DNA of 64,000 bases from the human T2T-CHM13v2.0 reference genome, Homo sapiens. The stretch is taken from the NCBI RefSeq assembly GCF_009914755.1, contig NC_060935.1; one strand, given 5' to 3'. Position 1 is the stretch's first letter; every line of letters starts with the position of its first letter. Shown piece by piece: positions 1 to 14,162 of this stretch. A program made the position numbers and the translations under genes. The notes below the pieces were generated by a model. That model worked only from the letters and a program-made list of their open reading frames with translations, ran no database searches and was not told where the DNA came from.

Positions 1-251
1 TTCCCAACATTTATACACTTATGAGATTGGAAACTACCTTAACATTTCAATCCATTTTTCTTCTTTAGCATACTGACCAAAATAGGCAATATAGATTTTT
101 AGCTAACCTTAACATTATTCACTGTAACAATCTATCCATCCTCCATGATCTCAGTTTATTTTGAAAATTGCGATACAACCTGCAGTATCATTAATGCCCT
201 GGTGTTAGAGATGTGGAAACCTAAGGATTGAAAGTACCTTAGAGATAAAGT

Positions 252-387
252 CAGGAGTTCTCAACCAGGACATAAATCATCTGCAAAATTGCATGTAGAA
301 AACACTGAGATATTTTGAGGAATGGCTCAATGTATTTTATTAAATTCACAAAAATATCATGGCCCTAAGATTGTTAAATGACACTGA
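252..387. mobile_element. Degenerate hAT-Charlie-type MITE remnant
   Basis: Starts caggagttctcaacc and ends gttaaatgacactg, resembling Charlie/MER5-type terminal inverted repeats; very diverged. Confidence 0.35.
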
Positions 388-1249
388 TGCAACTATGTAT
401 TATAGAAATGCATCTATTTAAATTCCATATTTCTGGAGAGATTAATCTTGTGTCCACAGTCTTAATTCCTATAACAATATTTAGAACTACATTTAAATGT
501 CATTTCAAAAGTATCTGAAGGAAATAAAAGAGGAAGGAACAAAATTTTCTGTACATGAATCATGTGTTAATACCAAAATCCTCAACGTCTATCTTCAAAG
601 AAAAAAATTTATGTCTAATTCTTCATGCTCGTGACTGTTGCTTTGATTTGCCTTATTGATGAATTTTAACACTAGGATACTACAATATCACCATTTATAG
701 TATTGATAAATATATTAAGTACATAAGAAAAATAACTTTCCACAGTCAAACTTATGTAACTGTGAGTACCTAATACTTGCTCATCTTTAAACTTTATTAC
801 TGTAATACATAGCTTTATTATGATGAATATTTGGAAAGCTGTCACAAATGGCTATTTTAAGAGCATTTTTATTCATAAAAGAATAACGTTTAACAATATT
901 AAATTAATAAATACTTGAAGCATTTGGTGAATAATGTTAGCTAGATGATTTTTTAAGAATAAAAAATGAGCTAAGCACATACATAAGAGTAGAAATATAT
1001 TGAAGATTACAGAGTGCTAAAATGAATCCATACATTTAAGCCATCAAAAATGTTGAGAATATACAAACTTCAAAGAGCTTAATTTTTATTAACTCATACA
1101 ATTAGAATAAATATACCATTGTAAAATATAAGGAAGCTTCAACTGGATATAAGCAATAAGCAAAAAAGTGTTGTTTTTTTTTTACATTATCCTGCCTTAG
1201 TTTCTTCATTTCAATGCGTCCATTTAAGTTGTGTATAATATTGAGTTAC

Positions 1250-1340
1250 AGAACTATTGTATTCCCAGTGCCAAGCTCAGGACACAGCATGAAATTGGTG
1301 CTTAATCCATACTTGGTAAATAATTGGATGAATGAATCAT
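1250..1340 (+). mobile_element. L2 3' end fragment
   Basis: tgtattcccagtgcc...tggtgcttaat...atgaatgaat resembles the L2 3' terminus. Confidence 0.55.
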
Positions 1341-3619
1341 AGTTTTACAGTTTGACTATCATTTGTTCTATAGAATTCCTTCTGAAACTATTTGTCTGGC
1401 TTCTCTGTAAAAATTACAACTAAAATTTCTTCTACCTCATTTCTCATTAAATTTCTTTCAGAAAAAAGTAATCAATTAATTCAATATAAGATATCAATGG
1501 TTAAGTTGATTTTAATATGCTAAATTTTTCAGAAAGCAGAGTCCATATTGCATTTATTGTTTTATTCTTAAAGAAACTGTGGCTCAGAGCTGAGAAATGT
1601 GATGTGGGGTAGAAGGTTGATTTCCTAGTTCTGTGGACTATAATATATGAAATACTTGTTGCATCGTAATCCTCAAATATTGTTTGTCTATATTTCAACT
1701 TTTTGTCAAAGTTGTGATTTTACAATTTATTTGAGAATTGCTTACTTTTTAATGTTTTTGTTTTTCTTTAGTTTTCAACAAATTTAATTTCAAAAAATAA
1801 ATTTCCATTAATGTGGACTTAAGATATTATATATTGTATAATCAAAATTTATTTTTAAACTTAGAACTGACTGTTGATTACATAGGTATTGTGTGTTCTC
1901 TAAAATAATCAAATATTTTGATAGTTTTTTAAATTCATGAAGCCTAAATAATGCTTATTTTTGAGAGCATGATTTGTTTTACTTATGTAATTTTTTAAAT
2001 GTCCTGAATGATATCCTATAATAAACTAATTAAGCATTAGCTCATGGCTTTTGCTTTGCTGTTTTGATGTCATTTTAATCAAAGATGGTAGTATCCACTT
2101 AAGGCACTCTAGGAAAAAAGAAACTGACAACGAAAACTCTTCAGAAAATTTTGAATTCAACTATTTCTTAATGATTTAAAATATTCAAATCTATTCCACT
2201 TACCAACATTTCCAAGTTTTAAACTTCCATTTCTACAACAGAAAAATCATACAACAGAATAAATAATTATCTAATTTATAATAGCACTCAGGAAACAAAC
2301 TATGCAAATAAATATATTAAGAGAAAACAAGCTTCAGATAAATTATAATCTCCTGGAAGGTGTCATTTAATTTTTCTCAAATCTCTGTGTACGGGCACAG
2401 AACAGGTCATTAATAAATCATTATGTGGCACTTAAGGAGATTATCATAACCACCGACATTAATAAACATGGATGAGATAAATCAGATAGTCAGGAGAAAG
2501 GTTAAATGTCTTTGAAATACAAAATACATTTATCAAAATAGCTCTGCAAATGTTCTCCCATTTCTCCTCCAAAAAAACAGTAAACTATCAAATTAAAATG
2601 AATTCCTCATAGACTGGCATTCCACACACTGCTCTTTCTAGATTACGTGAAGCTAATTGTGTACATTCAGCTTTGGAGGAAACAGGTACATATTTATTAA
2701 TGGGAAAAGTCTATGCACACATGCACACCCATACACACACAGAGGCACACACATTCACTTACTCTCTTAATAGCATGCACATGTGTTCCAGGAATTGGCT
2801 TACGCATTCATCATGTATCCACTCATTTCAATGCATACTAAAAATCTGTAAGTTAAGGGACTGAGACACAAGAAGGTAATTAAACCTAGGTCAAACAACC
2901 AAAAATAAATAAACAAACAAAAAACATTTGAACACATCTAATCTAGCTCTGCAGACTGTGCTCTAAATTATTATTATGCTGCATTAGAAACAAAACGAAA
3001 CCCCATGAGGGATCTTTTTTGTCCCCTTCTTCCACCAGAGTGTTTTAACATTGTATAGGAAACATTGAGTAAACTAGTTGTGAACTGGGAGTTACTAATT
3101 AAATGAATAACGATTCATTACATCAAAATGTTTTACATAAATAGTAACTTCCTTCAATGCCTAAATGAATACACTTGTAGTTTGGGTTTTGTGTTAATCA
3201 GAGAACTCTTACTCTTTTGTTTTTTATTCAATTCATTTCCTAGTTGCACACTGGCCTTACTTAGTCTGGTAAAGAGAAACTTTAAATCCCTTTTTTAAGG
3301 AAACATGAAGAAACATTATCAAATAGAATTGTTCAACTTTTTCAATGTTTTGGATAAGCTTTTAAAAAGTTTTTTTGTGCTGGTGCATAATTGCTATTAA
3401 TTTTCCAATAAAAGACATGACTACTTCGCTCTCCAGCCTACCTTCTGCTGTGAATATTTTAAACTGTAATAGTACTAGTATTAGTAAAAACAATAATGAT
3501 AATAGTAATTTGATAACACAAAGGTTGATAAAGTGTCAACAAGTATAGCAGATGGTAGTGGTGTTCAATAAATACCTCTGTCCTTATCATTTTAGTATAC
3601 TCAGTCCAAATTACTCCAC

Positions 3620-4100
3620 TAGGAATTATATTCCTTATCTGAGTGCTTTCTCCAGCTACTGAAATATACCTTCACCCTCCTGTTTTCCAGGCCACAAGTG
3701 TTGGGGAATCAGGGCTACCTAAGACCATTCCTTACTCAATAACTGATACGAACTGGTGTACAAAACCTAATTCTCTCAATCCACAGATGCAAATTGAAAT
3801 GTGTGATTATAATAGTATATATAATTATATTGCATATATAATTATAACTGAGACCTTCCTGTATCTCATTTCCTTCATATGAATTTCAGTCCACAAATTT
3901 GAAATATATGTTCCATGCTAGAACCTGGGTTTCCTGTGGCTCATGGTAACAATTACCTCAATATTAAGCCCTCATTGCTCCCTTTTCTGTCTTTTTATTT
4001 AATGTCCTTACTCACTTATCCTTTATCCTTAAGCTCCCAAATTAATTGCTTAAACTTGAATCCCGATCTCCACTCCTGCTTCTAAGGGAACCCATATTGT
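3620..4100 (+). mobile_element. ERVL LTR remnant (LTR33/LTR16-like)
   Basis: 3' end ctcccaaattaattgcttaaacttgaatcccgatctcc...ctgcttctaagggaaccca resembles the LTR33/LTR16 terminus. Confidence 0.5.
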
Positions 4101-4149
4101 CATCTTTAGGTTAGTCTAGAAAACTTCACAAACATTCAGCTAGACTTGA

Positions 4150-4755
4150 ATTCTATTATTTAATACAATTACAAATGTATGGGATAGTTAAAAGAATAGT
4201 GCAAATAAATCCCATATACTGTTTGACTAGATCAGGAGTTAACAAGCTGTCCCATTTGTTTTATCATTTGTTTTGCATTCTTGCTGTTTCTATCTTTCTC
4301 TCTTGTTATCTCCCCATTTTCTTACTGGACCACTTGAGAATAAGTTGTAGACATTTTGTTCTCTTATTCCAAATATTTCAATGCATATTTTTTTAGAACC
4401 AAGAGGTTTTCTTTAGTGACTGTGGTACATTGATCAAAATCAAGGAATTATACTTGATACCATGCTCTTATCTGATTGAGGTAGATGTTCAAATCTCATC
4501 AATTACCCAATAATGTCTACAACAATTATATTTTCCTAGTTCACAATCCAATCTAGGATCCCACATTGCATTTAGATGTCCTATTGCTCCAGTGTTCTTC
4601 CATCTGGCACATTTTTTCACCCTGTCTGTGTGTTCCCTGACCTTTAAATTTTGAAGAATATAAGCCAGTTATTTTATCAAGTCTTCCAAATTGGATTGGT
4701 TTCACGTTTTCTCATTAGATTCAGAATTTGCACTATTGGTAGGAATATTATACCT
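4150..4755 (-). mobile_element. Old L1 3' UTR fragment (L1MC4/5-like)
   Basis: Motifs gaccacttgagaataagttgtagac, atcaaaatcaaggaa and cacattgcatttagatgtc are typical of the L1MC 3' UTR antisense. Confidence 0.6.
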
Positions 4756-5054
4756 CTAACAAGCTTAAATTCTAAGGTCCATCATTATCATTACTGCCTT
4801 ACTTATGTACTCAAGTTCTTTGATCCCCTTCTCTTCTACTTCAGTCTCCTGGAAAAATGCCAAGCCTAATTAAAATTACCTTTCTGTTTACTCCATGCCT
4901 TCCCTTGTGTAATTGAATGTGGCTGGGAAATAAAATAATCTCAAAAAGTATGCTACCTAGTACTTTTTAATCTCATGATTCACATATACATTTGTATATG
5001 TTTCATTATACTATACTATTTGTATATATGAAGGCAAAAAAAATGATTTTATAC

Positions 5055-5510
5055 ACCTACACTGACCAATACAATAGCTAGTAGTCATATGTAGATACTG
5101 ATGACTTAAAATGTTGTTACAAGGATGGAAGGAATAAATTTTATCAAATTTTAAGTATTAAATTAGAATTTTAAAACTGATTCTCAATTCAGTTATTTGA
5201 AATTTTAAGTATGGTCAGAACAACTCAAGTATATGAATCTATTCTTCAACTGTACGTTTTATTAAATGCAAACACAAATCAGGTATTTCTGATGAAATTT
5301 TAATATTTGGAAGACTTAGTATGAAAACAAAAGATGTAAAATTTCTCATTTATGTTTTCTATCCTGATGACATGTTGAAATTATATTTTTGATATATTGG
5401 GTTAAAAAACATAATAGTGATTTCACCTTTTTTACTTATTGGTTGATGATTTCAGAAAATTTAAAATTACCTCAGTGGCTCACATTAAATTTATATTGAA
5501 TATGACTGCT
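5055..5510. mobile_element. MER33/Charlie5-type DNA transposon remnant
   Basis: gacttagtatgaaaac..., catgttgaaattatatttttgatatattgggttaa and agaaaatttaaaattac...gtggctcacatta match the recalled MER33. Confidence 0.7.
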
Positions 5511-5630
5511 ATCTTCCACCATACTCTCAGTGTACAGGAAGTATTGGTAAAAACCTGTGATGGAAGTATATACAAGATGCTAAGGGCAGGCCAGAAGAGG
5601 AATTAACTCAGAGTAATGGTGAGGTAATTA

Positions 5631-5927
5631 CATCTTAGTTCAAGCTGCTATAACAAAATACCATAGACTGGGTGACTTACACAACAAAGTTCAAGATCAA
5701 GGTGCCCTGCAAATTTGCTATCTGATGAGGAACCACGTCCTGGTTTGCAAGTGACTGGATGTCTTGGTTGGTTGTATCCTCACATGACAAAAGGAAAGTT
5801 AGAGAGCTCTCCAAGGTCTTTTACAAGGGCACTAATCCCACTCATGAGGGTACTATTCTCTTGATCTAATTATCTCCCCCAATCCCACTTCCTAATACCA
5901 TCATGCTGGGTGTTAGAACTTTAACAC
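5631..5927 (-). mobile_element. MLT1A-type MaLR LTR
   Basis: gctgctataacaaaataccatagactgggtg...aagggcactaatcccactcatgaggg...cacttcctaataccatca. Confidence 0.8.
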
Positions 5928-5929
5928 AG

Positions 5930-6031
5930 GCTTCAGTTACCACCACCTCTTCTCTACAGGATTTTGGCAATTGTATTTTAACTTATCTCCATACTTTTTC
6001 TCTGTGGTATTTCTCCCACCACCACTACTGC

Positions 6032-6074
<43 letters not shown>

Positions 6075-6655
6075 CTATTGTCAACAGGAAAGCTAATGGT
6101 GCCCTTCAAAAAGGTAATACAGATTATTTTATTCTATAGTTCAAAACCCTCCAGTGGCTTCCAGTGGCTTTCAGAATAAAAGTTAAAGTCCTTATAATGA
6201 CGTACAAGATCATACAAAACCTAACCACCTGGCAAGTTTCCTGAACATATCCTAAAACTCTCCCTCACCAGCACTCCCAATTTAAAGCCTTGGTCCTTGC
6301 TCCTCCCTCTATGTGCATTGCTCTTCTCACAGACATCTGCTTTTCTCAGGCCTCACTTCCTTCCAGTTTCTAACAAAATACGCACCTTATTAAAAAGGCC
6401 TTTCTTGAACACCCTATTTAAAATAACAACTCTTGCTTTCTCTATTACTTTCCATGCCCTGCTATATGTTGTCAATATCTGAAATACTGTGTATTCACTT
6501 CATATTTTATTTTATATAGCTTCTCACTCTCACTACTATGCAAGGTTTACAAGGACATATTTTTTTGTCTTTTTTTATTCACTGCTGTATCCACTACCTA
6601 ATAGAAGAGGACCTAGCACATAGTGGGTATAAAAATAAATGTTTGAATTAATAAT
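5930..6655 (+). mobile_element. L2a 3' portion, containing a (CA)n
   Basis: tcaaaaccctccagtggctt... and terminus ttcactgctgtatcc...cctagcacatagtggg...aataaatgtttgaat. Confidence 0.7.
6034..6071. repeat. (AC)19 microsatellite
   Basis: Perfect dinucleotide run. Confidence 0.97.
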
Positions 6656-7370
6656 AAAAAAAGTGAAGGAAATATATAGGACAGATATCACGGTTAAATG
6701 CTTACGGTATGGCAGAACAGTGAACTAAATAGTAATGTCAGCATTTTTTCAAGTCTGTGAGACTGAAGATATAGTATTTCTGTAATTTATTAATATAAAT
6801 GCATATTTGCTTTTAAAAGATCCTTTGAGGCTCAGATTTTTCTGTTTACAAAGTTCTAAAAATTAGCTAAATTTTTATTTTGATGGTATACTTAAGGTGA
6901 AAGAATTAAGGGTCAAAAGTGAATGAAATCAAATGAGCTTTAATTTTGAAATGAAAACAAATGAAAGAGACTAAAAGGTAAAAATAGTTTTAAAACTGAT
7001 TAGTAAATTAAGACCAATGTTCAGATATAAATATAAATGTTTTCTAAGCTTAAAAATATTTGTAATATCTTAAACTTTCTGTGTTTGCAAACATTTTTCC
7101 CCAAATCTATAGTTAACTTTATGAACGGAAGGCACAATATATTCAAGATTTTTTTTTTACGTTGAAATTTATGCCTAGCATTGAAGAAACAAAGAAATAA
7201 AGTAGACATAAGGAGATAGTAACGATAGGAAAAGGAGACCCAGAAAAAGAAAGCCCAATATCGTGACTTAACTTTAACGTTGTATTCAAATATACAGGCA
7301 CGCTTAACATAAGTGTACAGCTTAATGAATACTTACATACTGAACATTCCCATATTACCAACACTCATAT

Positions 7371-7483
7371 ATGGGGTCTCACTACGTTGACCAGGCTGGT
7401 CTTTAACTCCTGGCCCCCAGCTATCCTCCCACCTCGGCCTCCCAAAGTGCTAGGCTTGCAGCCATGAATCACCATGCCCAGCC
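7371..7483 (-). mobile_element. Alu left-monomer/FLAM fragment
   Basis: atggggtctcactacgttgaccaggctggtc...ctcccaaagtgct...catgcccagcc. Confidence 0.85.
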
Positions 7484-7497
7484 AACAGTCAATTTTC

Positions 7498-7789
7498 TTT
7501 TTTTTTTTTTTTTTTTTTTTGAGGTGGAGTCTCGCTCTGTCACCCAGGCTGGAGGGCAGTGGTGCAATCTTGGCTCATTGCAAGCTCCACCTCCCGGGTT
7601 CACGCCATTCTCCTGCCTCAGCCTCCTGAGTAGCTGGGACTACAGGAGCCCGCCATGGCGCTTGGCTAATTTTTTGCGTTTTTAGTAGAGACGGGATTTC
7701 ACCGTGGTCTCGATCTCCTGACCTCGTGATCCGCCTGCTTCGGCCTCCCAAAGTGCTGGGATTACAGGCGTGAGCCACCACGCCCGGCC
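7498..7789 (-). mobile_element. AluY with a 12-bp left-arm deletion (Yd/Yc3-type lineage)
   Basis: Full Alu with poly-T; sense strand reads gagatcgagaccacggtgaaa, lacking 12 nt of the standard AluY; aacagtca is repeated on both flanks. Confidence 0.9.
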
Positions 7790-7799
7790 AACAGTCATG

Positions 7800-8128
7800 T
7801 TTTTTAAAAGAACATTTATAGCACCCAGAATCCTCTTTTTGTGTTCCCTGCTAGTCCCTTTCCCCACCTCAAATGATAATCATTGTCTTGACTTGTAATA
7901 TCATAGTTATGCCTATTTCTTATATTTCACAGAAATAGGTTTAGTAGATATTTTAAAAGTCTGGCTTATTTCATTCAATATTTTATTTTTGACATTCCAC
8001 ATAATGTTGCTGTATAGTATTCTGTCCTTTGTATATGCTACAATATATTTATCTACTCAACCACTGAAATATATTTGGATAGTTTCCAATTTGGGGCTAT
8101 CTCAAATTGGGATGCTATAAGCATTGTA
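7800..8128 (-). mobile_element. Old L1ME/MC 3' fragment, continuing from 7270-7365 across the Alus
   Basis: gtctggcttatttcattcaata..., atttggatagtttccaatttggggctat. Confidence 0.6.
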
Positions 8129-8130
8129 GT

Positions 8131-8169
<39 letters not shown>

Positions 8170-8178
8170 TGTGTGTGT
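8129..8178. repeat. Imperfect (TG)n microsatellite
   Basis: Dinucleotide run. Confidence 0.95.
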
Positions 8179-8389
8179 AATACATATATTTCTGTTAGGC
8201 ATATTCCAAGGTTGCGTATTTGATAAGACACATTTAATAAGTCCTATCAGTATTAGATAGTGAGATCATATAATCTATATAAGAATTAATGTGAATGATT
8301 TAGAAGGATATCTGGCATATATTTAATGAATGTTAGCTGCTATTGTTATTTTTTTGTCAAATTACCAAGATAAATGTCATCTAGCACTA

Positions 8390-8625
8390 TAGCTAAGAGG
8401 TTAAATATTTGAACTCTACTCATGGATAGACCCAGATCAGAATTTTTATGGTCTCATTTTCTAGCAGAGTGATGTTCAGGCACATTACTTGAGAATTTAA
8501 TTCTTATTTTCTTCAGTGTAAAATATACACCACCATAGGCTTTTGTGTTTAAGAAGAAATTGCATATAAAGGCTTATTACAGTGTCAAGCACATAAAGCT
8601 CAAAAATCATTAGTAGCTATTTATA
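8390..8625 (+). mobile_element. MIR remnant
   Basis: gtgatgttcaggcacattacttga...ttttcttcagtgtaaaat...aagcacataaagctcaaaaa. Confidence 0.55.
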
Positions 8626-10357
8626 CTATGTAATTAATACAGCTGCTAATATATCCTCTTTTACTCACACTATGTCTTGTAATGTACCATGTGAATTTAA
8701 TCAGAGGTAGTGCTTAATATCTTAGCAGTTTCCCTGGAAACAGAGAGGGTTGCCCAACAAATCAACCAATCACCTAGAACCTTCATGTTCTGATTTCCTT
8801 TTAGCTTGGAACTTTGTCAGATATGGTACTGGATCTTTCTGAACTTCTGAATCAGATGATAATGTCCAGTTAACGAAGAGTTAATATAAAATGGAGAGAT
8901 TCAACAAGGATTTTATTTCTTTGACTTCAAAATGTATGAAAGACAAGGCTGCTTATCATGCTAAAATTAATACTGAGTGTGTCTGAAAGTAGAGACCCTA
9001 AAAACTCAGTGTTACCAAGAAGTACATCCCGGGGCTTACAAGCTAATTAAAATTCTGCCTAAACTTATATTTCAAATTACTATATTTAAACTAAATTCAT
9101 TTGAAATGAAGAGGCATAATTCTTTGTTTAACTAAAGCTCACTGTTGCATTTTCTCAAAGGAAAAGCTATAATGTGATGTCCTTTAAAGCAAATCCCTAG
9201 GGTTTTATTAACGTAGTAAAAATACCAATATATGTGACAGTGGATTTTCTAAGGGAAATAGTTTTTTTTCTCTTATACACTAATAAAAAAGAGATATACA
9301 TATTTCTTGAAGGAGTTTGTGTGAAAAATAAAAAGAATCATAACTCCTAGAGTATATCTTATTTATACAGCTGTTAAATCTTTCCACCAGCTTTCTCTCT
9401 GACAGAAATGCAGCTATGCCTCAATAAGGCTGATTTTTAATTAAGCAACCTGTGTCTCTCAGCCTGTGAAAAATGAGCTAATAGCAATATAGTCATATGA
9501 AGGCATCAGAGCTTTATTTCTAAAATCTGCTACTGATGATGCGTTATTTGTGGTAATCATATCCACAGAGGTTAAGAAGCAGGTATTGCAATATATTTAG
9601 GCACAATATACTGTGCTAATAATGGTTTTCAAAAGCACACAGGATATTTTAAAAAGTCATATTCAAGCTAGTATTTCAAGAACTGATTTCTAGATCCTTG
9701 ACTATTAGTTTGATTTTAATTGATTTAAACCTATTAATAAACTTAACTCCAGAATGAAGGAGTACTTCAATGTTTTAGGAGATATACAATATATATGCCA
9801 TGCCCTTTTCTTAATGAATCCCATGAGAATGGATCTATATTAAAAGTATAGCACATGTTTATTAATTGTGGTTTTTCCGATGTTAATTTTAAAAATCTAT
9901 AGTACATATTTCCATTGGATGGCAATAATACCAGAAAACAACAATGTTTCTTTGGTTAATAATAAAACCTACAAACTTTAAAAAAATCAAAATCACTCTA
10001 TTACTACAAAATATAGCATTACAAATAAAATGTCCCCTATTTTATTAAAAACAATAAGGTTTACCATTAAATTCAATACAAAGATTTGGAAGTTGAATTC
10101 CTGTAAGAAATATTCATTTTGCCTGAGGGTCTTTCTATTACATGATTCTTCCCTGACGTGCTTGTGACTCATTTGCTACTTTTCAGCAGAGTTGAGAAGT
10201 GATCATATATAATGTCAAATATCTTATTTCTATGGCTCAGAGCCTCTTTCTTAGGAAACACTGGTTTATTACCTTTTTATCCCAATTCACAAGTGTTATC
10301 TCCCAGGTAGCTGAATAGCACCTTACTGAACTTCAGTAAAAGCAAGCACAGAAAGCC

Positions 10358-10533
10358 CTTCCTCTCTACTTCCCTCCCTTCCTTTCCCCCTTCATTCCTT
10401 TCCCTCCCTCCCTGCCTCCCTCCCTCCCTCCCTCCCTCCGTCCCTCCCTCCCTTCCTCCCTCCCTCCCTCTTTTCCTCCCTCCCTCCCTTCCTCCCTTCC
10501 TTCCTTCTGTCCTTCCATCCTTCCTTCCTTCCC
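10358..10533. repeat. (CCCT/CCTT)n polypyrimidine-polypurine tract
   Basis: About 175 bp of nearly pure C/T on the + strand. Confidence 0.95.
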
Positions 10534-10993
10534 ATAGGATTTAAGTGTTTCTTGCAGGCATGTCAAACGTAGGCTTGATCCCTCTTCTAGCTAATGTGCA
10601 ATTAAAAAAAAAAAAAAGTAGATACTTGCATCCTGATCCTTCAAGCAGAAAAGATGAGACAAGTCATCCAAATCTGGATCAGTGTAATTTGAAATAACAG
10701 GTTTAATATTTTAATATAAATTTCTATTTGGAAAAAAATACATGGGGCTTTCATAGTACAAATAGCATGAAAGTAAAACACCAATAAAATCATCTTGACT
10801 ATTGAGGACAAAAAGAATTTAATAACTTGTGATGCTTTAGGTAGAGAAAATGTTTCCTAAGTCTGCAAAACACTGAAATACATTATTATTAGTTTGAGAT
10901 TTTCCTTTTCTTTTTCTAAAGTCCTCCCCTCCAGCTTGCTATTCACCCATCAGTGTTCTGCTCACCATTGCAGGATGTTTCTTGTTCCAAGCC

Positions 10994-10994
<1 letters not shown>

Positions 10995-11048
<54 letters not shown>
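10995..11048. repeat. (TG)27 microsatellite
   Basis: Perfect run. Confidence 0.97.
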
Positions 11049-11053
<5 letters not shown>

Positions 11054-12330
11054 CTTATCCAATGACTCAGCAGATCATCAGGACGCTCCTGCACCAATAT
11101 CACATGAAAGGAAAGCTGCCAGGAGAAGAACTTGAGGTTAGCTTTCCTCATCTAAGATAAATCATCACATGCAAAGGCTAATTAAGACTAAAGTATATTT
11201 GGAATTATAGCTATGAAAATTGGTTTTTCATTCCACAGTGATAAAATGGAACTACTTCACGGGAGAGATTACTCTAGTTTATCATGGCCTGATATTGTAT
11301 ATACTTAATTCTGCTCTGAAAGTGTGTTCCTTCATGTGGGCATCATCTTAATTTTTCAAACCCGTACATAATCTGATACCATAATTTGAAGACATTTTCA
11401 CATACATAGCTTCTACATTTTTCCATATTCAACTTCCCTGCTCATTATATATATAGAATAGAAAACAAAATCAATGTTTATCATTTGTACTTAAAGATAA
11501 ACAATATGTGTATTAACTCAAGAGAGTGAATATTTAAATATGCTAAGTGAATTTTAAAAATATAAAATAAAAATTTACATTATACAAATTTATTCTCATA
11601 CTATCCAGAAAGATTATTACCCTTTAATAAAGGCTATTTAAGATTCATATAAAATATATTGGTCTTCTATTAGGAATGCATTTTATGCATGGTGAAAATA
11701 TTCATCATATGTGTTATGTTGTATGAATGAAATTTTTAGAAGTAATGCAATGCATTAGACTCTCTAGAAATGTAACATCAAAAGTGGATTCAGGAAAGCA
11801 AAGAGTATTCATCAAATAATGCTCTAGTCATTTTCTCTTCTAATCAAGAAGTAATTCAGGAGGTTAGAGAGCAGATTAACTGCTTATCTGTCTTTTCTTG
11901 AGCTAAGTTGTATGGAAATGTTCACATTTAGGAACAACAGGTGTTCCCTGGATATCCTGGCAAAGACATAAATTTGTTTTTAACTGCAGTTTAGAATATT
12001 CATTCCATTTCTAAAATTTTAATTATGTACCTTTTAAGAATCATGTATTTAGAATTAAAGTAATGGTTCTAAGGTTAAAGGAGATGATTTAGTACCACAC
12101 CTAGCTGTTAATTTTGGGCTCATTTGAAGGTCTGTTTAGTTGAAGGCCATCTATCTATCTTACACACTCTCTATGCTGTCCCTGCTACCACAGGTGTGAC
12201 TGCAGTTTCCCTTTATTGTAGTCTGCATTTTGTTGTTGCTGTCATGAGACATTAAAAACTTGAGGATTCTTAAGAATTATTTTTTGATAGTTGCTTCCTT
12301 CAGAATTTCTTCTTTATTTACTTAATTCAC

Positions 12331-12584
12331 TTTTTTTTTTTTTTTTTCTGAGATGGAGTCTCGCTCTGTCACCCAGGCTAGAGTGTAGTGGCACGATCTT
12401 GGCTCGCCTCAAACTCTGCCTCTTGGCTTCAAATGATTCTCCTGCCTCAGCCTCCTGAGTAGCTGGGATTACAGGCGTTCCCCACCACACCTGGCTAATT
12501 TTTGTATTTTTAGTAGAGACAAGATTTCATCGTGTTGGTCAGGCTGGTCTCATACTCCTGACCTCGTGATCCGCCCACCTTGGT
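12331..12584 (-). mobile_element. AluS (Sg-like), 5'-truncated
   Basis: Poly-T plus Alu body; TSD acttaattcacttt at 12320 and 12587. Confidence 0.92.
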
Positions 12585-13003
12585 GCACTTAATTCACTTT
12601 CATTGGTCTCCTAGCATTTCCATGAGCAAGGAGAAGATCATAGATGCCATTGAAACTGCAATAACAAGTACTGATTTGTAACTTAAAACATTTCAGAAGT
12701 GAAATGAAGTTCTGGAATTTTATGAGATTTTTAAACATCAGAATTATCTACATTAATATTTAGGTTTATCTAATAGCCACACACTTAAAGACTTACAAAA
12801 AAAACCCCCAAGTTTTTAAATACTATTGTATTTAAGTGAAACTAAAACAGAAATAAAAATAGAACATTCAAGAAAAAAGCATAAATAAATAAATTCCTAT
12901 GAGGTAATAGTCGAATCCATGAAACATGAGAGAATTTTAATAAAATAGGCTATTTTGAAGAAATACATAAAAGGAATATATTTTGAAAATGAATTACTTC
13001 TAT

Positions 13004-13353
13004 TGTATTAGTCTGTTCTCATGATGCTAGGAAGAAAAACCCAAGAGTGGGTAATTTATAAAGAAAAGAGATTTAATTGACTCATGTTCCACATGGCTAG
13101 GAAGGCCTCAGGAAACTTACAATCATGGCAGAAGGCCCAGGGCAGCAGGAAAGAGAATGAGTGCCAGCAGCGGAAATGCCAGATGCTTATAAAACCATCA
13201 GATCTCGTGAAAACTCACTCACTATTATGAGAACAGCATGGGGGAAACCACCCCCATAATCCAGTTACTTCCACCTGGTCCCTCCATTGACACATGGGGA
13301 TTATTATGATTCAACGTGAGATTTGGGTGGGGACACAGAGCCAAACCATATCA
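13004..13353 (-). mobile_element. THE1C/D solo LTR
   Basis: tgtattagtctgttctca...gggacacagagccaaaccatatca; near-TSD tctat/cctat. Confidence 0.9.
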
Positions 13354-13815
13354 CCTATGGATACATGATGAGGTTCAAAAACATTTTAATCACAGATACA
13401 TAAAAGTTATTTTAATGCTTCCTTGATCAGGAAGACTATGATGTGATCTTCAATAAGTAAAAGTAAAGTCCACGAACTATGTCTGTATATAAGTTATTAT
13501 GGTTTTTGAAAGAGTTTTAATAAAAGAGAAGTATGCAGTTACAGTGCCTCCTAGCTCTTCACATTCTTTAAAAGCATGTAAATTTAGAATAAAAGGAACA
13601 ATCTGTTTCAGGCTGTGACTAAAAACACAAGGAAACACAAACTCTGAATATAAATTCAACAAGAGTAGACAGATAGTGGAGCTCATATTAGAGCTCCCAA
13701 AACAAAAATCATAATCCATCTGTCCTGTGCTTATAGAATCAAAAATTTAGAGAGTAGATCGTGGAGCTTATCTGTTACAAGTAACATCTATTCACATATA
13801 GAAATGACATCACAG

Positions 13816-14162
<347 letters not shown>

